Virus record (IMG/VR): IMGVR_UViG_3300032074_000005
Coordinates: 1 to 49,175 of that record
DNA from: a virus
Taxonomy: Duplodnaviria; Caudoviricetes
Reading direction: 5' to 3' (one strand)
Length of the DNA stretch: 49,175 nt
The translations under genes were made by a program, and so were the position numbers. This document shows, piece by piece, positions 1 through 7,887 of this stretch. Within the stretch, counting starts at the first letter, position 1. The number at the start of each line of letters is the position of its first letter. The notes under the pieces were generated by a model, which worked only from the letters and a program-made list of their open reading frames with translations, did not search any database and was not told the origin of the DNA.

Positions 1-127
1 TTGCTCGAGCGGCACGACGTGGTCGTCCTGCGTGCTGACCCGTATGCATCCGTCGTACTGCAGGTAGCAGATGGGGTAGAGCCTGAGCACCAGCGCACGG
101 TCCTTGCGGGACTGGCGAGTGCTGCCT
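1..127 (+). repeat. 127-bp terminal direct repeat (copy 1), circular assembly overlap
   Basis: Identical to 49049-49175; lies in the middle of the HNH gene. Confidence 0.95.
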
Positions 128-141
128 CGACCCCAGGTCAT
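1..141 (-). CDS. 5' part of terminase-associated HNH endonuclease (continues across the circular junction to 48905)
   Basis: ATG at 141-139 overlaps the upstream stop (TGATG); reads MTWGRGSTRQSRKDRALVLRLYP, in frame with 48905..49138. Confidence 0.85.
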   Translation of the reverse strand, partial: MTWGRGSTRQSRKDRALVLRLYPICYLQYDGCIRVSTQDDHVVPLEQ

Positions 142-695
142 CAGGCCGTGTTCTTCGGTACGTGCGCCGCACGCAGGCGAAAGGTCTTCCCTTCGCGGAG
201 TCGCACGATGTCTCGCATCTCGACCTGTGAGGCACTTGTGAAGTGGACCCACCTGCCATCGATCTGCATGTCCAGCGCGATGCTGCCGGTGGCGAGCCTG
301 GCGCTCTTCAGGTCGCGCGGGTGGCCGTGCTTCTCGAGGATGTCACCGCGCACCTTATCCCACGCCTGCGACAACTGGCTCGCGGACGAGAACGGCGAAG
401 ACACGCCATGCACAGCAGCCTTGCTTGCGTCGCGCCGTGGAAGCAGCTCCGTTGCACCGTGCGCCTGAGCAGCGCCATGCAACTCGTGAGCCGCCGCCGT
501 GCGATCCTCGGCGCGCGTCAAATTCGGTAGGTCGAGCGCCGCCTTGGCGACGTGCTGTCGCGAGGTGATGCCCTTCGCGTTCGGCGCATCCTTGAGGTAC
601 TGCGCCGCTAGGTCGTGGTTGCCCTTCGCCTTCTGGAGCGCCGCCGTGTGATCGAGCGGGATCCAGCCGTGCTTCCAGTGATACACGACAGCCAT
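141..695 (-). CDS. Hypothetical protein (184 aa)
   Basis: ORF coupled to the HNH by TGATG; N-terminal YHWKHGWIPL. Confidence 0.7.
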   Translation of the reverse strand: MAVVYHWKHGWIPLDHTAALQKAKGNHDLAAQYLKDAPNAKGITSRQHVAKAALDLPNLTRAEDRTAAAHELHGAAQAHGATELLPRRDASKAAVHGVSSPFSSASQLSQAWDKVRGDILEKHGHPRDLKSARLATGSIALDMQIDGRWVHFTSASQVEMRDIVRLREGKTFRLRAAHVPKNTA

Positions 696-702
696 TGGTT
701 AG

Positions 703-945
703 TTAGCCACCCTCAGCAGGAGCATGGCCCGGCCGCGCTCCTGTGGCAATCTTGTGGAGGGTTGCGCACAGCCCGTGGATCACATGGTCCGGCAATGGGT
801 GTCCACTCTCGGTTGCCTCAGACTGGACCTCTTTCACGCAGGCGGCGTAGTCCCCAGCGTGGCCCCATCCGCCGATCTTCGCCGCACCGGGGCCGACGGT
901 CCAATACTTGATGAGCTGAGGGGGTAAGCCCGTACCAGCAGCCAT
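703..945 (-). CDS. Hypothetical protein (80 aa)
   Basis: GGGAG RBS; KYWTVGPGAAKIGGWGHAGDY...CATLH...PG. Confidence 0.7.
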   Translation of the reverse strand: MAAGTGLPPQLIKYWTVGPGAAKIGGWGHAGDYAACVKEVQSEATESGHPLPDHVIHGLCATLHKIATGARPGHAPAEGG

Positions 946-954
946 GTCAGCTCC

Positions 955-1794
955 CTAAACTCCGCGGACAATAGACAGACGTTCCGGCTCGATGCTGATG
1001 CGCGAGTAGCCAGAGCAGGCCGTGCACTTGCGCATCGAATAAGTCAGCACGTTGGCCACGTACCGCTTGGCGATTGGCTCCGTGTCATGGCCGCAGCGAT
1101 GGCACGTTGTGAGCGCGTCTTTCCCATCCACGAACAGGGCCGGATGGTTCTTGATGTGTGGCCGCAGCCAGTCGTACAGCCCTTGTGTGGCAACCACGTC
1201 CCCGGCGCAGTAGTCGGTGAGTCGCTGCCGGTCCTCGATGCTGCCGGCGACTGCACGTTCCATCGCCTCGCGGTCGTAGCGGTCGGTCTTGGCTGGTACG
1301 CCGACGATCTTGCAGAACGCATCGAGCGACTTGAATGGTGCGCCCGACTTGAACTGCTGCCGTAGAACTTTGAGCGTGTCGACCGTCTTGAACGGCGGCA
1401 ACGGTGGCAGCTGCGGCCGGTGTGCGTGACCGATGCGCGGTAGGTAGAAGTCACCCTTCAACCACGGCACGTCAGCTACATCAAGATGATGCCCGACGAT
1501 GATGTCCGCTTTGGACATGAGAGCGTGGACCCTCTTGAGGAACTGGCCGCGTCCACCCTTGTCCCACTCGGCGAACCGCATGACGTCGGGTTCATCGTAG
1601 AACTTGGCGCAGACGATGGTCGTGCGTGGTTCTCGGATAACTGTCTCGTGGTGAACGTAGCGGTTCTTCAAGTCGCCGCGGTCCCAGAAGTGCTGGCTCG
1701 TGATGCCGTCGAGACGTTCCACGTCCAGGATGAGGATGCGGTTGCGGACACCCGGCGCGATGGGGATGGTGGCCGCGAGCTCGGCGATGCTCAC
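955..1794 (-). CDS. DEDDy/RNase H-like 3'-5' exonuclease with C-terminal zinc ribbon
   Basis: ExoI LILDVER, ExoII VGHHLDVADVPWL, ExoIII YCAGDV; CHRC...CTAC. Confidence 0.8.
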   Translation of the reverse strand: MSIAELAATIPIAPGVRNRILILDVERLDGITSQHFWDRGDLKNRYVHHETVIREPRTTIVCAKFYDEPDVMRFAEWDKGGRGQFLKRVHALMSKADIIVGHHLDVADVPWLKGDFYLPRIGHAHRPQLPPLPPFKTVDTLKVLRQQFKSGAPFKSLDAFCKIVGVPAKTDRYDREAMERAVAGSIEDRQRLTDYCAGDVVATQGLYDWLRPHIKNHPALFVDGKDALTTCHRCGHDTEPIAKRYVANVLTYSMRKCTACSGYSRISIEPERLSIVRGV

Positions 1795-2048
1795 CGCAGC
1801 CGCTCCCGTGCCGCACAGATGCCCCGCGCGTGCCGTGCATACGACTGCGCGGAGATGTCGAGCGGGTTGTCCGGGTCGGTGCGGACCTTCTCGGCGATGG
1901 TGGAGTACCGCCAGAGTGGATCGCTGAGCAGCCGCCGTAGCCCGTCAGCCTCGCCAGGTGGCAGCGAGTCCAATGCTAGACACACGTCGCACGGTGGACC
2001 CTTGCGGATCTTCGGCGCGACGGTGTGCTCAATGTTGGAGATCGCCAT
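1791..2048 (-). CDS. Small Cys/His-containing protein, possibly DNA binding
   Basis: CDVC...RH..G.C; GTGA coupling to the exonuclease; start uncertain (2048/2057/2078). Confidence 0.65.
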   Translation of the reverse strand: MAISNIEHTVAPKIRKGPPCDVCLALDSLPPGEADGLRRLLSDPLWRYSTIAEKVRTDPDNPLDISAQSYARHARGICAARERLR

Positions 2049-2103
2049 TGCGGGCATCCTGTCGTCGGCAGGAGGCATCGGCGTCCTGCGGAGCGGGACT
2101 TGC

Positions 2104-2133
2104 CAGATAACTTCCGGAAGCGGAAGTTATCTG
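2104..2133. promoter_or_regulatory. Perfect 13-bp inverted repeat
   Basis: CAGATAACTTCCG-gaag-CGGAAGTTATCTG in an intergenic gap. Confidence 0.6.
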
Positions 2134-2264
2134 TTAACGCTGTGCGTAAACCGAGAGATGTTGTCCGGGATACGAGAGAGGTCAGGCGCGGACGAACCGC
2201 ACGCGTGTGGTACCGTCAGTGTCGGCAAGCAAGCACGTAGGCCCTCGCGAACCAGACTCTCAAG

Positions 2265-2555
2265 TCAGGCGCGAGGGCCTTCGTTATACCTGCTGAGGTG
2301 TGCGCCCAATCGGATTGCCTCACCGCAGACGTTACATGTCACGCACTGGCCGCAGTGCTGAGCGACCGGACCCAGCTCGGGCTCGACGTCGGCACGGTGC
2401 TTCGGCGCGTTGAACGACCGGTCGAGCGCGTCACGGTGACCTTCGGACTCAAGGCGAGCGGCCTCGTGCAACGACTGCGAGGCCTGACGTCTGACCTCGC
2501 GCTCGGCCTCACTTGCAGGGGTCACTGGCACGCCGGGCCCGTCAATCATCGTCAT
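2265..2555 (-). CDS. Hypothetical protein
   Basis: 3' part of ORF 2265..2747; GAGGAG RBS before MTMIDG. Confidence 0.55.
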   Translation of the reverse strand: MTMIDGPGVPVTPASEAEREVRRQASQSLHEAARLESEGHRDALDRSFNAPKHRADVEPELGPVAQHCGQCVTCNVCGEAIRLGAHLSRYNEGPRA

Positions 2556-2760
2556 CGCTCGGCTCCTCGCACAGATCCAGGCACTCGATGCTGTACGTGA
2601 GCAGCCCGAGCGTGTCCCAGGGTTTCGCGCCGTAGTGAGTCTCGGTCCAGATGCCGCGCTCACCGTCAGTGTCGATGACTTCGGCGATGAGGACGAACTT
2701 AGTGACGAACGCGCCAGGCTCGAGACCCTCGATGATCTGGCCGACAAGTTCCGCGCTCAT
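2542..2760 (-). CDS. Hypothetical protein (72 aa, acidic)
   Basis: ATGA-coupled ORF. Confidence 0.7.
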   Translation of the reverse strand: MSAELVGQIIEGLEPGAFVTKFVLIAEVIDTDGERGIWTETHYGAKPWDTLGLLTYSIECLDLCEEPSDDDD

Positions 2761-2900
2761 GAGTCGGCGGCCGGTCGCTCGATGTCACTGTTTGCGTACC
2801 ACTCCGCGTACAGCAGGTCTGGATCCTCGCCGGCGTTGGCCCGGCGTAACGCCTCTAGGAAGCACTCCCCGCTCATCGTCCACCACGCAAGGCCGCTCAC
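2757..2900 (-). CDS. Hypothetical protein
   Basis: GTGA/ATGA coupling at both ends. Confidence 0.6.
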   Translation of the reverse strand: MSGLAWWTMSGECFLEALRRANAGEDPDLLYAEWYANSDIERPAADS

Positions 2901-3124
2901 TGGTCGTTCCAGATCGACGTAAGGGATCGGTCGATGTCCGCCCATTCGACAGTCTTGCCGTAGTGGCGGACGACGATCTCCGTCACCTCGAAGTCTCGCT
3001 GAAGGTTGAGCAGGACTTCGTGAAGGTGCTCTGCGTCCGCCCAGGTTGCCGCCACATCCCCACGGCGGGTAAGGGTCCAGACGGCATCACCGCCGCACAC
3101 CTCGCAACGATAGGCGTACGTCAT
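2897..3124 (-). CDS. Hypothetical protein (75 aa)
   Basis: Coupled ORF with N-terminal CEVC. Confidence 0.65.
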   Translation of the reverse strand: MTYAYRCEVCGGDAVWTLTRRGDVAATWADAEHLHEVLLNLQRDFEVTEIVVRHYGKTVEWADIDRSLTSIWNDQ

Positions 3125-3309
3125 CGGCCCACGAGCTCGTCGAGAAGGTCGTTGATGGCCCGGTGGATGCGCGCGTGGTCAGGGTTCAGGTTGCCGACGC
3201 GATCACGGGTCAATATGCGCTTGGCGTCGTGGGCGAGTCCGAGCAGCGCCTGGCGAATGTCCTCGGGCGTCGTGTTCTCGTCGACCACGGGGAGAATCAG
3301 TGCGGCCAT
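3121..3309 (-). CDS. Hypothetical protein
   Basis: GGAGG RBS before MAALILP. Confidence 0.6.
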   Translation of the reverse strand: MAALILPVVDENTTPEDIRQALLGLAHDAKRILTRDRVGNLNPDHARIHRAINDLLDELVGR

Positions 3310-3419
3310 CGCAGAACCTCCAACCGCAGGCCGTCCGCATCGCCGGCTACGGGCGGTCTGCGGTGAGGTTGCCCACGTTCCCGTACCCGTGGGCCGAACG
3401 TGGAAGGTCCCGGTAGTCG

Positions 3420-3860
3420 CTAACTGGCGACCGGGGGTGCTGCCTTTCTGGCAGCCCAGCGCCGCACAGCAGCGGCTTGGCACTTCTTGCAGTGTCGTCG
3501 GCGCCCGGTCGCGGCGTTCACGATGAGCAAGTTGTCGCCAGAGTACGGGTGCCCGTAGCGGCATGTCGTCTTGGCACCGTGCGCAATCGGTGATCGCTGG
3601 GTGTTGATGAGCGGCGTCACCGGGTCAAGGTGGTAGGGATTTACGCATGCACGATTGCGGCACAAGTGGTCGAGGTGCAAGCCGTCTGGAATGTTGCCGA
3701 CCATCAGCTCGTAGGCGATGCGATGCGCGTACGCAGTCTTGCCGTGAACCCGGACTCGCCCGTAACCGGAGCGGGGATCCTTGGCTGCGGTCCAGAGCCA
3801 GCAGTCGCCGTCTTGGGCAACCTTGCGCCAGAAGCGCGCCGAGAGGGTAGGGTCATACAT
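3420..3860 (-). CDS. HNH homing endonuclease (HNH_3 type)
   Basis: RFWRKV..CWLW..GYG..AHRIAY..LDHLCRNRACVNPYHL; C-terminal C..GH...RHCKKC; GAGGAG RBS. Confidence 0.9.
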   Translation of the reverse strand: MYDPTLSARFWRKVAQDGDCWLWTAAKDPRSGYGRVRVHGKTAYAHRIAYELMVGNIPDGLHLDHLCRNRACVNPYHLDPVTPLINTQRSPIAHGAKTTCRYGHPYSGDNLLIVNAATGRRRHCKKCQAAAVRRWAARKAAPPVAS

Positions 3861-3989
3861 CGTCGAACTCCTCAGTAGTTCGGCCATGACCCGGGGCGGT
3901 GCCAGCCGTCGCCGGGTCCCACTTTTGGGCGCACAAAACACACGCCAGGACACACAGGATAGCACGCAAACTACCACCGTGTAACTCGC

Positions 3990-4799
3990 TCATCCGGCGA
4001 GTCGATTCAGCACCTCGCCGAGCCGGTGTCGCTTCACCGCGTAGTCGTGCTTGCGGACCGTGTCGATGTGTCCTCGTGCCGCCCAGATCGCGATGCGCTT
4101 CCGCAAGTCCTCGACACTCACCTCATCGTCGACGAGAGACACCAGAACCTCCGCGAGACGGACCGGAGTAGCCACCCAACCGCGCGCCTCATCGAGCACG
4201 ATGTCCAGATGGTCGCGCGCGTAGGTCGTCGCGCCACAGCCGCTGCATGTGACCCACGTCAGGCCAGGAACCACGTACGTCCGGGCCTGGCAGCGCCGGC
4301 AAAGTCCCGCGTACCAGCCCGGTGCAACCTCCTCGGTGAGCGCCCGAAGCCGCTCCTCGTGCTGGCCCAAGTCACGCACGAACTCGCCGCACCAGTCGAG
4401 CGTTGCGATGCTCGTCAGGTACCGCTCGAAGCCCGCACAGAGCCATGCGACGGCCTCGGCCTCGGTGACGGTCTCGGCCTCACGCGCAGCCACGAGCCGG
4501 TTGAGCATTCGGGCTAGGTGCTGCCGGTCATCGACCAGTGTCCGCGCCCAAGTGGTGAGTGCGTTGGCCGTCTCGTCGAGCGCGTCGCTGATCCGGTCAC
4601 TCGACACGCGCTCCTCCCCGTCGTACAGCACCCGCGAGCCTGGCACTGGACGCGAGCCGGCGCGACCTGGACGCCAGCGTGCGAGGTTTCGGAAGTAGAC
4701 CGGCAGGTACTCGAACATCGAGCGCGCCTTGTACTGGCACATCTCGCACAGCGCGAGACCGTTGCTCGTCTCGGCGCCACAATGCAGACAGTGGATCAC
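3990..4799 (-). CDS. Conserved actinophage zinc-finger/HTH DNA-binding protein
   Basis: N-terminal CxxC..CxxC, internal CxxC..CxxC, C-terminal IAIWAARGHI HTH-like segment. Confidence 0.6.
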   Translation of the reverse strand: MIHCLHCGAETSNGLALCEMCQYKARSMFEYLPVYFRNLARWRPGRAGSRPVPGSRVLYDGEERVSSDRISDALDETANALTTWARTLVDDRQHLARMLNRLVAAREAETVTEAEAVAWLCAGFERYLTSIATLDWCGEFVRDLGQHEERLRALTEEVAPGWYAGLCRRCQARTYVVPGLTWVTCSGCGATTYARDHLDIVLDEARGWVATPVRLAEVLVSLVDDEVSVEDLRKRIAIWAARGHIDTVRKHDYAVKRHRLGEVLNRLAG

Positions 4800-5302
4800 G
4801 CCACATCCTCCCTAGCTGCCTTGATCCGCTTCCACTTCTCACTTGAGCGGCGGCTTACGCATGCCCGGCACTCGCGGCAGCCGTTCCGCTTGATGTTTGT
4901 GTTCTCAGGTGTGAACTCGTGGCCGTGGATGCAATGGGTCTGGGCAGCTCTCGTCGCTGTGAATCCCTGACCGCGGTGGAGGTTCACGTAGTTCGTGACT
5001 GGCTCGAGATGCTCTGGATTGACGCACTTACGGTTGCGGCAGAGGTGGTCGAGGTGGAGACCGTCTGGGATCGGGCCTACTAGCCACTCATAGGAGATGC
5101 GGTGAGCCTTGCGGATTACCCCATGCCTCAATGCGAACTGGCCGTATCCGTAAGACAGTGATGCGGTCCACTCCCAGCACTCACCGTTCTGCCTGACCTT
5201 GGACCAGAACCTCTCCCACAACTCTGGCCGGTCAGCGAGTTCCGGTGAGCGCGACATGGCGGTGAGCGTGTCGGCGGGCAGGTCGTGCTGTAGGCAGGTC
5301 AT
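4796..5302 (-). CDS. HNH homing endonuclease (HNH_3 type)
   Basis: RFWSKV..CWEW..AHRISY..LDHLCRNRKCVNPEHL; THCIHGH..RECRAC. Confidence 0.9.
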   Translation of the reverse strand: MTCLQHDLPADTLTAMSRSPELADRPELWERFWSKVRQNGECWEWTASLSYGYGQFALRHGVIRKAHRISYEWLVGPIPDGLHLDHLCRNRKCVNPEHLEPVTNYVNLHRGQGFTATRAAQTHCIHGHEFTPENTNIKRNGCRECRACVSRRSSEKWKRIKAAREDVA

Positions 5303-5832
5303 GCGGCAGTCCTTTCGAGGCTGACGTAGCGGCCTGGCAGCGGTTCCGCAGCAAGGATGGCGGCGTCCTGTTCGCCGTAGGCGATGAGCACTGACGGAGC
5401 GCCTGCCGCGTCGGCCTGCTTGCCGTTTGTGTAGTGGAAGCGAATCCGGCCCTTGAGGAACAGCAGTCCGGTCGCCTTGGGCCAGATGTGGTCGAACCAC
5501 ATGCGCGTCTCGGTGCGGGCGAACAGCAGTGCCGTCCCAGTCCCGTGGTCCGCGAGTCTGGCTAACCACTTGGCCGAGTGGGCGTAGGGCGGATTCAGCC
5601 AAACGCGTCCATGCCAAGGCTTCCGCAGGCCGTCATCCTCGATGCCATAGTGCAGTTTGGCGGTGTCCCACGGGCGACGATGACCCGGTGAGCATGGGTC
5701 TAGGTCGAACTCGCCCAGGGCTGCGATGAGGCTCGGCGGGGTGAGCCACTCGTCCGAGCCGCCGCTATTGGACTCCTGGAGCCCGAACCCTTGGCGGTCG
5801 GCGTGCTCAACTCCAAAGAGGTCGGCGGTCAT
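5299..5832 (-). CDS. Phage DNA N6-adenine methyltransferase (phage Dam-like)
   Basis: DEWLTPP, FDLDPC, VWLNPPY, LFLKGRIRF. Confidence 0.85.
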   Translation of the reverse strand: MTADLFGVEHADRQGFGLQESNSGGSDEWLTPPSLIAALGEFDLDPCSPGHRRPWDTAKLHYGIEDDGLRKPWHGRVWLNPPYAHSAKWLARLADHGTGTALLFARTETRMWFDHIWPKATGLLFLKGRIRFHYTNGKQADAAGAPSVLIAYGEQDAAILAAEPLPGRYVSLERTAA

Positions 5833-5984
5833 GCGGGCTCCTCGGCCATCTCGCGCAGCAGCCCCGAAACGAGTCCAGCGACGTGAGTGCCGGTCGTCAA
5901 CCAGTTCGAGTCGCCACCCCAGACCGAACCCATGCTGTCGAAGTAGTCCGCTGCCTCACACAATGCCGCCTCGCGCTCGCTCAT
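5829..5984 (-). CDS. Hypothetical protein
   Basis: AGGAGG RBS, ATGA coupling. Confidence 0.6.
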   Translation of the reverse strand: MSEREAALCEAADYFDSMGSVWGGDSNWLTTGTHVAGLVSGLLREMAEEPA

Positions 5985-6000
5985 CCTCGAGCCTCCTGCT
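5976..6000 (-). repeat. 25-bp junction direct repeat (other copy 6408-6432)
   Basis: AGCAGGAGGCTCGAGGATGAGCGAG vs AGCAGGAGGCAAGAGGATGAGCGAG, 23/25 identical. Confidence 0.8.
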
Positions 6001-6244
6001 GCTTGAACTTGCATGTTTCCGGGGTCGTCACCATCGGGAACCCGTCGAGGTCGTAGGCGATGAGAGCGCCTGACCGGATGCATGCGGTCAGCGCCTCAAT
6101 TGCCTCGTCACGGCTCACGTTCTCGTGCTCGGCGTACTGGTCCGCGAGGTACGACGGTGAGAAGCCACTGAGGCGCCGGTCACCGAGCAGGCGATCCACC
6201 ACGGCAGTGACAGCCGCGTCACTCTCGGCGGTGTGCTCAGGCAT
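5981..6244 (-). CDS. Hypothetical cassette-type protein
   Basis: Starts MPEHTAESDA, carrying start motif A. Confidence 0.65.
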   Translation of the reverse strand: MPEHTAESDAAVTAVVDRLLGDRRLSGFSPSYLADQYAEHENVSRDEAIEALTACIRSGALIAYDLDGFPMVTTPETCKFKQQEARG

Positions 6245-6416
6245 CGGCGTTCCCCTCTCTGGGCGAAATGATGCGGCGAACCTCTGACGCGCAGGAGAGG
6301 AGCGTTCTGGCGACGAGCTGTGCTTCCTCAGGCCAGGTGAGCCTGGCGGCTTCGTGCTCCCACTCATCTGCCAGCCGCTCCAGCGCGCCTTTCTCGGCGC
6401 TACGGGTCTCGCTCAT
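6237..6416 (-). CDS. Hypothetical cassette-type protein
   Basis: MSETRSAEKGA...RIISPREGNADA; degenerate A and B motifs. Confidence 0.65.
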   Translation of the reverse strand: MSETRSAEKGALERLADEWEHEAARLTWPEEAQLVARTLLSCASEVRRIISPREGNADA

Positions 6417-6742
6417 CCTCTTGCCTCCTGCTCTCGCTTGCACGTACGCGGCGCCGAGTTCCGCACGCCTTCCTCGCTGCTGAACTTGCTCCAGGCGACC
6501 AGCACCGCCCGCAGATGCCCCCTTGCCTCGGCCGCGCCCCAAACGACGGGAGAGGGCCGCTCAGAGGCTCGTGTGCCGCCCTTGGTGCGGTAGTCAACGC
6601 CCTTGGTGCGCGTGATGGTCGTCTCGAGCTCGGACTCCAACCAGGGAATGTCGCCGAGTGCCTTGGCTAGTTCCTCGCTGCATGTGTCGCACACGTAAGC
6701 CTCGTCGCGGGTCGGGCGTCCGCACTTGCACGTGTTGGTCAC
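6413..6742 (-). CDS. Zinc-finger protein, probably a truncated relative of the 3990..4799 family
   Basis: CKCG...VCDTC..L...L..IPWL..EL pattern resembles the N-terminal half of 3990..4799; ends abruptly at the junction repeat. Confidence 0.5.
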   Translation of the reverse strand: MTNTCKCGRPTRDEAYVCDTCSEELAKALGDIPWLESELETTITRTKGVDYRTKGGTRASERPSPVVWGAAEARGHLRAVLVAWSKFSSEEGVRNSAPRTCKREQEARG

Positions 6743-6969
6743 TTGGCCTCCCATGCCGGCTCCCACGTCAGATCCGCGATGGGGCTCTCCTGGTAGTCCC
6801 GAACGGACTTCACCCAGAACGGATTCGCCGTGTACCGGTGCTCGCCATCTTTGCGACACGGGATGAACCGGCCGTGCGCGATGCAGACGGTGGGCGAGTC
6901 CTCGTCGCCCCAGAACGGCGGCTCGCATCCGCAGCCCTCGGTCGGGGTGGGGCAGTCTGCGGCGGTCAT
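6739..6969 (-). CDS. Hypothetical protein
   Basis: MTAADCPTPT..., coupled at both ends. Confidence 0.65.
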   Translation of the reverse strand: MTAADCPTPTEGCGCEPPFWGDEDSPTVCIAHGRFIPCRKDGEHRYTANPFWVKSVRDYQESPIADLTWEPAWEAK

Positions 6970-7169
6970 GCGTCGCACCCACAGGCGCCGTTCGCTGCCG
7001 GGACCATGAAGCACCGGGGGCAAGGGTCGGCCAGCGCGACGGGCTGCGGGCAGTTGACGTGCGCGACCTCGTCCTCAACATAGGTGCACAGGTCGTCCAC
7101 ACGGATCGCCTCATCGCAGACGCCGCAACGTCCGGGATAGCGCGCCTCAAAGGTGGCGCTCATCCTCAA
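6966..7169 (-). CDS. Small Cys-rich protein
   Basis: FEARYPGRCGVC...HVNC...CPRCF...CGC. Confidence 0.7.
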   Translation of the reverse strand: MRMSATFEARYPGRCGVCDEAIRVDDLCTYVEDEVAHVNCPQPVALADPCPRCFMVPAANGACGCDA

Positions 7170-7504
7170 ACCTCCCGCTCGGGGTCGGTGGGCTCGGGTC
7201 CAGCGAGCGCGGCACGGAGTGCGATGGAGGCGCGGTCAAGCACCTCGCCCTCATGGTCGGGGCCTTCGCCTTCCTGCCACGGACCCCAGCCGAACTCGCC
7301 CTTGTAGCGCCACCGGGCAGCCAGCGCCATCACCCGCTCCACCGCTGCCTGTGCCTGCGCCAGCTCGGGCAGGGCGCCGAGGGCGATCCTGGCGTTGGCT
7401 CGGTAGTAGCTGGCTGAGTCGCAGGGCCAGTTGGGACAACCCCCCGAGTCCTCGCGATGTAGCGCCTCGGCCACTCGCTCCAGCGCGTCTCGGTTCGTGC
7501 TCAT
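7166..7504 (-). CDS. Hypothetical protein, paralog of 7884..8186
   Basis: Shared blocks MSTNRDAL(V)ERVAEAL, ALPELAQAQAAVERV, RAALAGP. Confidence 0.75.
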   Translation of the reverse strand: MSTNRDALERVAEALHREDSGGCPNWPCDSASYYRANARIALGALPELAQAQAAVERVMALAARWRYKGEFGWGPWQEGEGPDHEGEVLDRASIALRAALAGPEPTDPEREV

Positions 7505-7887
7505 GCGGTCACCTCGGGTCGTGCGTCGCCTAGCCAGTTGGTCAGGTCGCGGCGGCCGAGCGGGTTGCGCTGCTTGCCCGCGTGGCGCTGGTTAGCCTGG
7601 GTCTGCCGCTGCACCTGGAAGTCGATTGGGAGACCGGTGAGCTCGCGCACGTAGGCCGATAGCGCGAAGTCGAGAAGGGTGGCGAATCCGTCCGGCGTCC
7701 CGGCCATGAGTGCGTCGTAGTCGTCGTCGGCGAGGATCAGCCGCAGGTCGACGTCCGAGGTTGGTCCAGCGGTGCGCTGCTGAACCGAGCCCACCAGGAA
7801 CGGCCCGCTGAACCCACCGAACACGGCGCTGATGTGCTTGCAGGCCAGGTCGAGTCGGTGGAGCATCGGCGGCGAGAGGGTGCTCAT
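7501..7887 (-). CDS. Minimal nucleotidyltransferase (Pol-beta superfamily)
   Basis: FLVGS...SDVDLRLIL...PIDFQ motif pattern. Confidence 0.7.
   Translation of the reverse strand: MSTLSPPMLHRLDLACKHISAVFGGFSGPFLVGSVQQRTAGPTSDVDLRLILADDDYDALMAGTPDGFATLLDFALSAYVRELTGLPIDFQVQRQTQANQRHAGKQRNPLGRRDLTNWLGDARPEVTA

Noticed and set aside
1-127. Biological direct terminal repeat
   Set aside because: Length equals a common assembler k-mer, it lies mid-gene, and a cos-like site exists elsewhere
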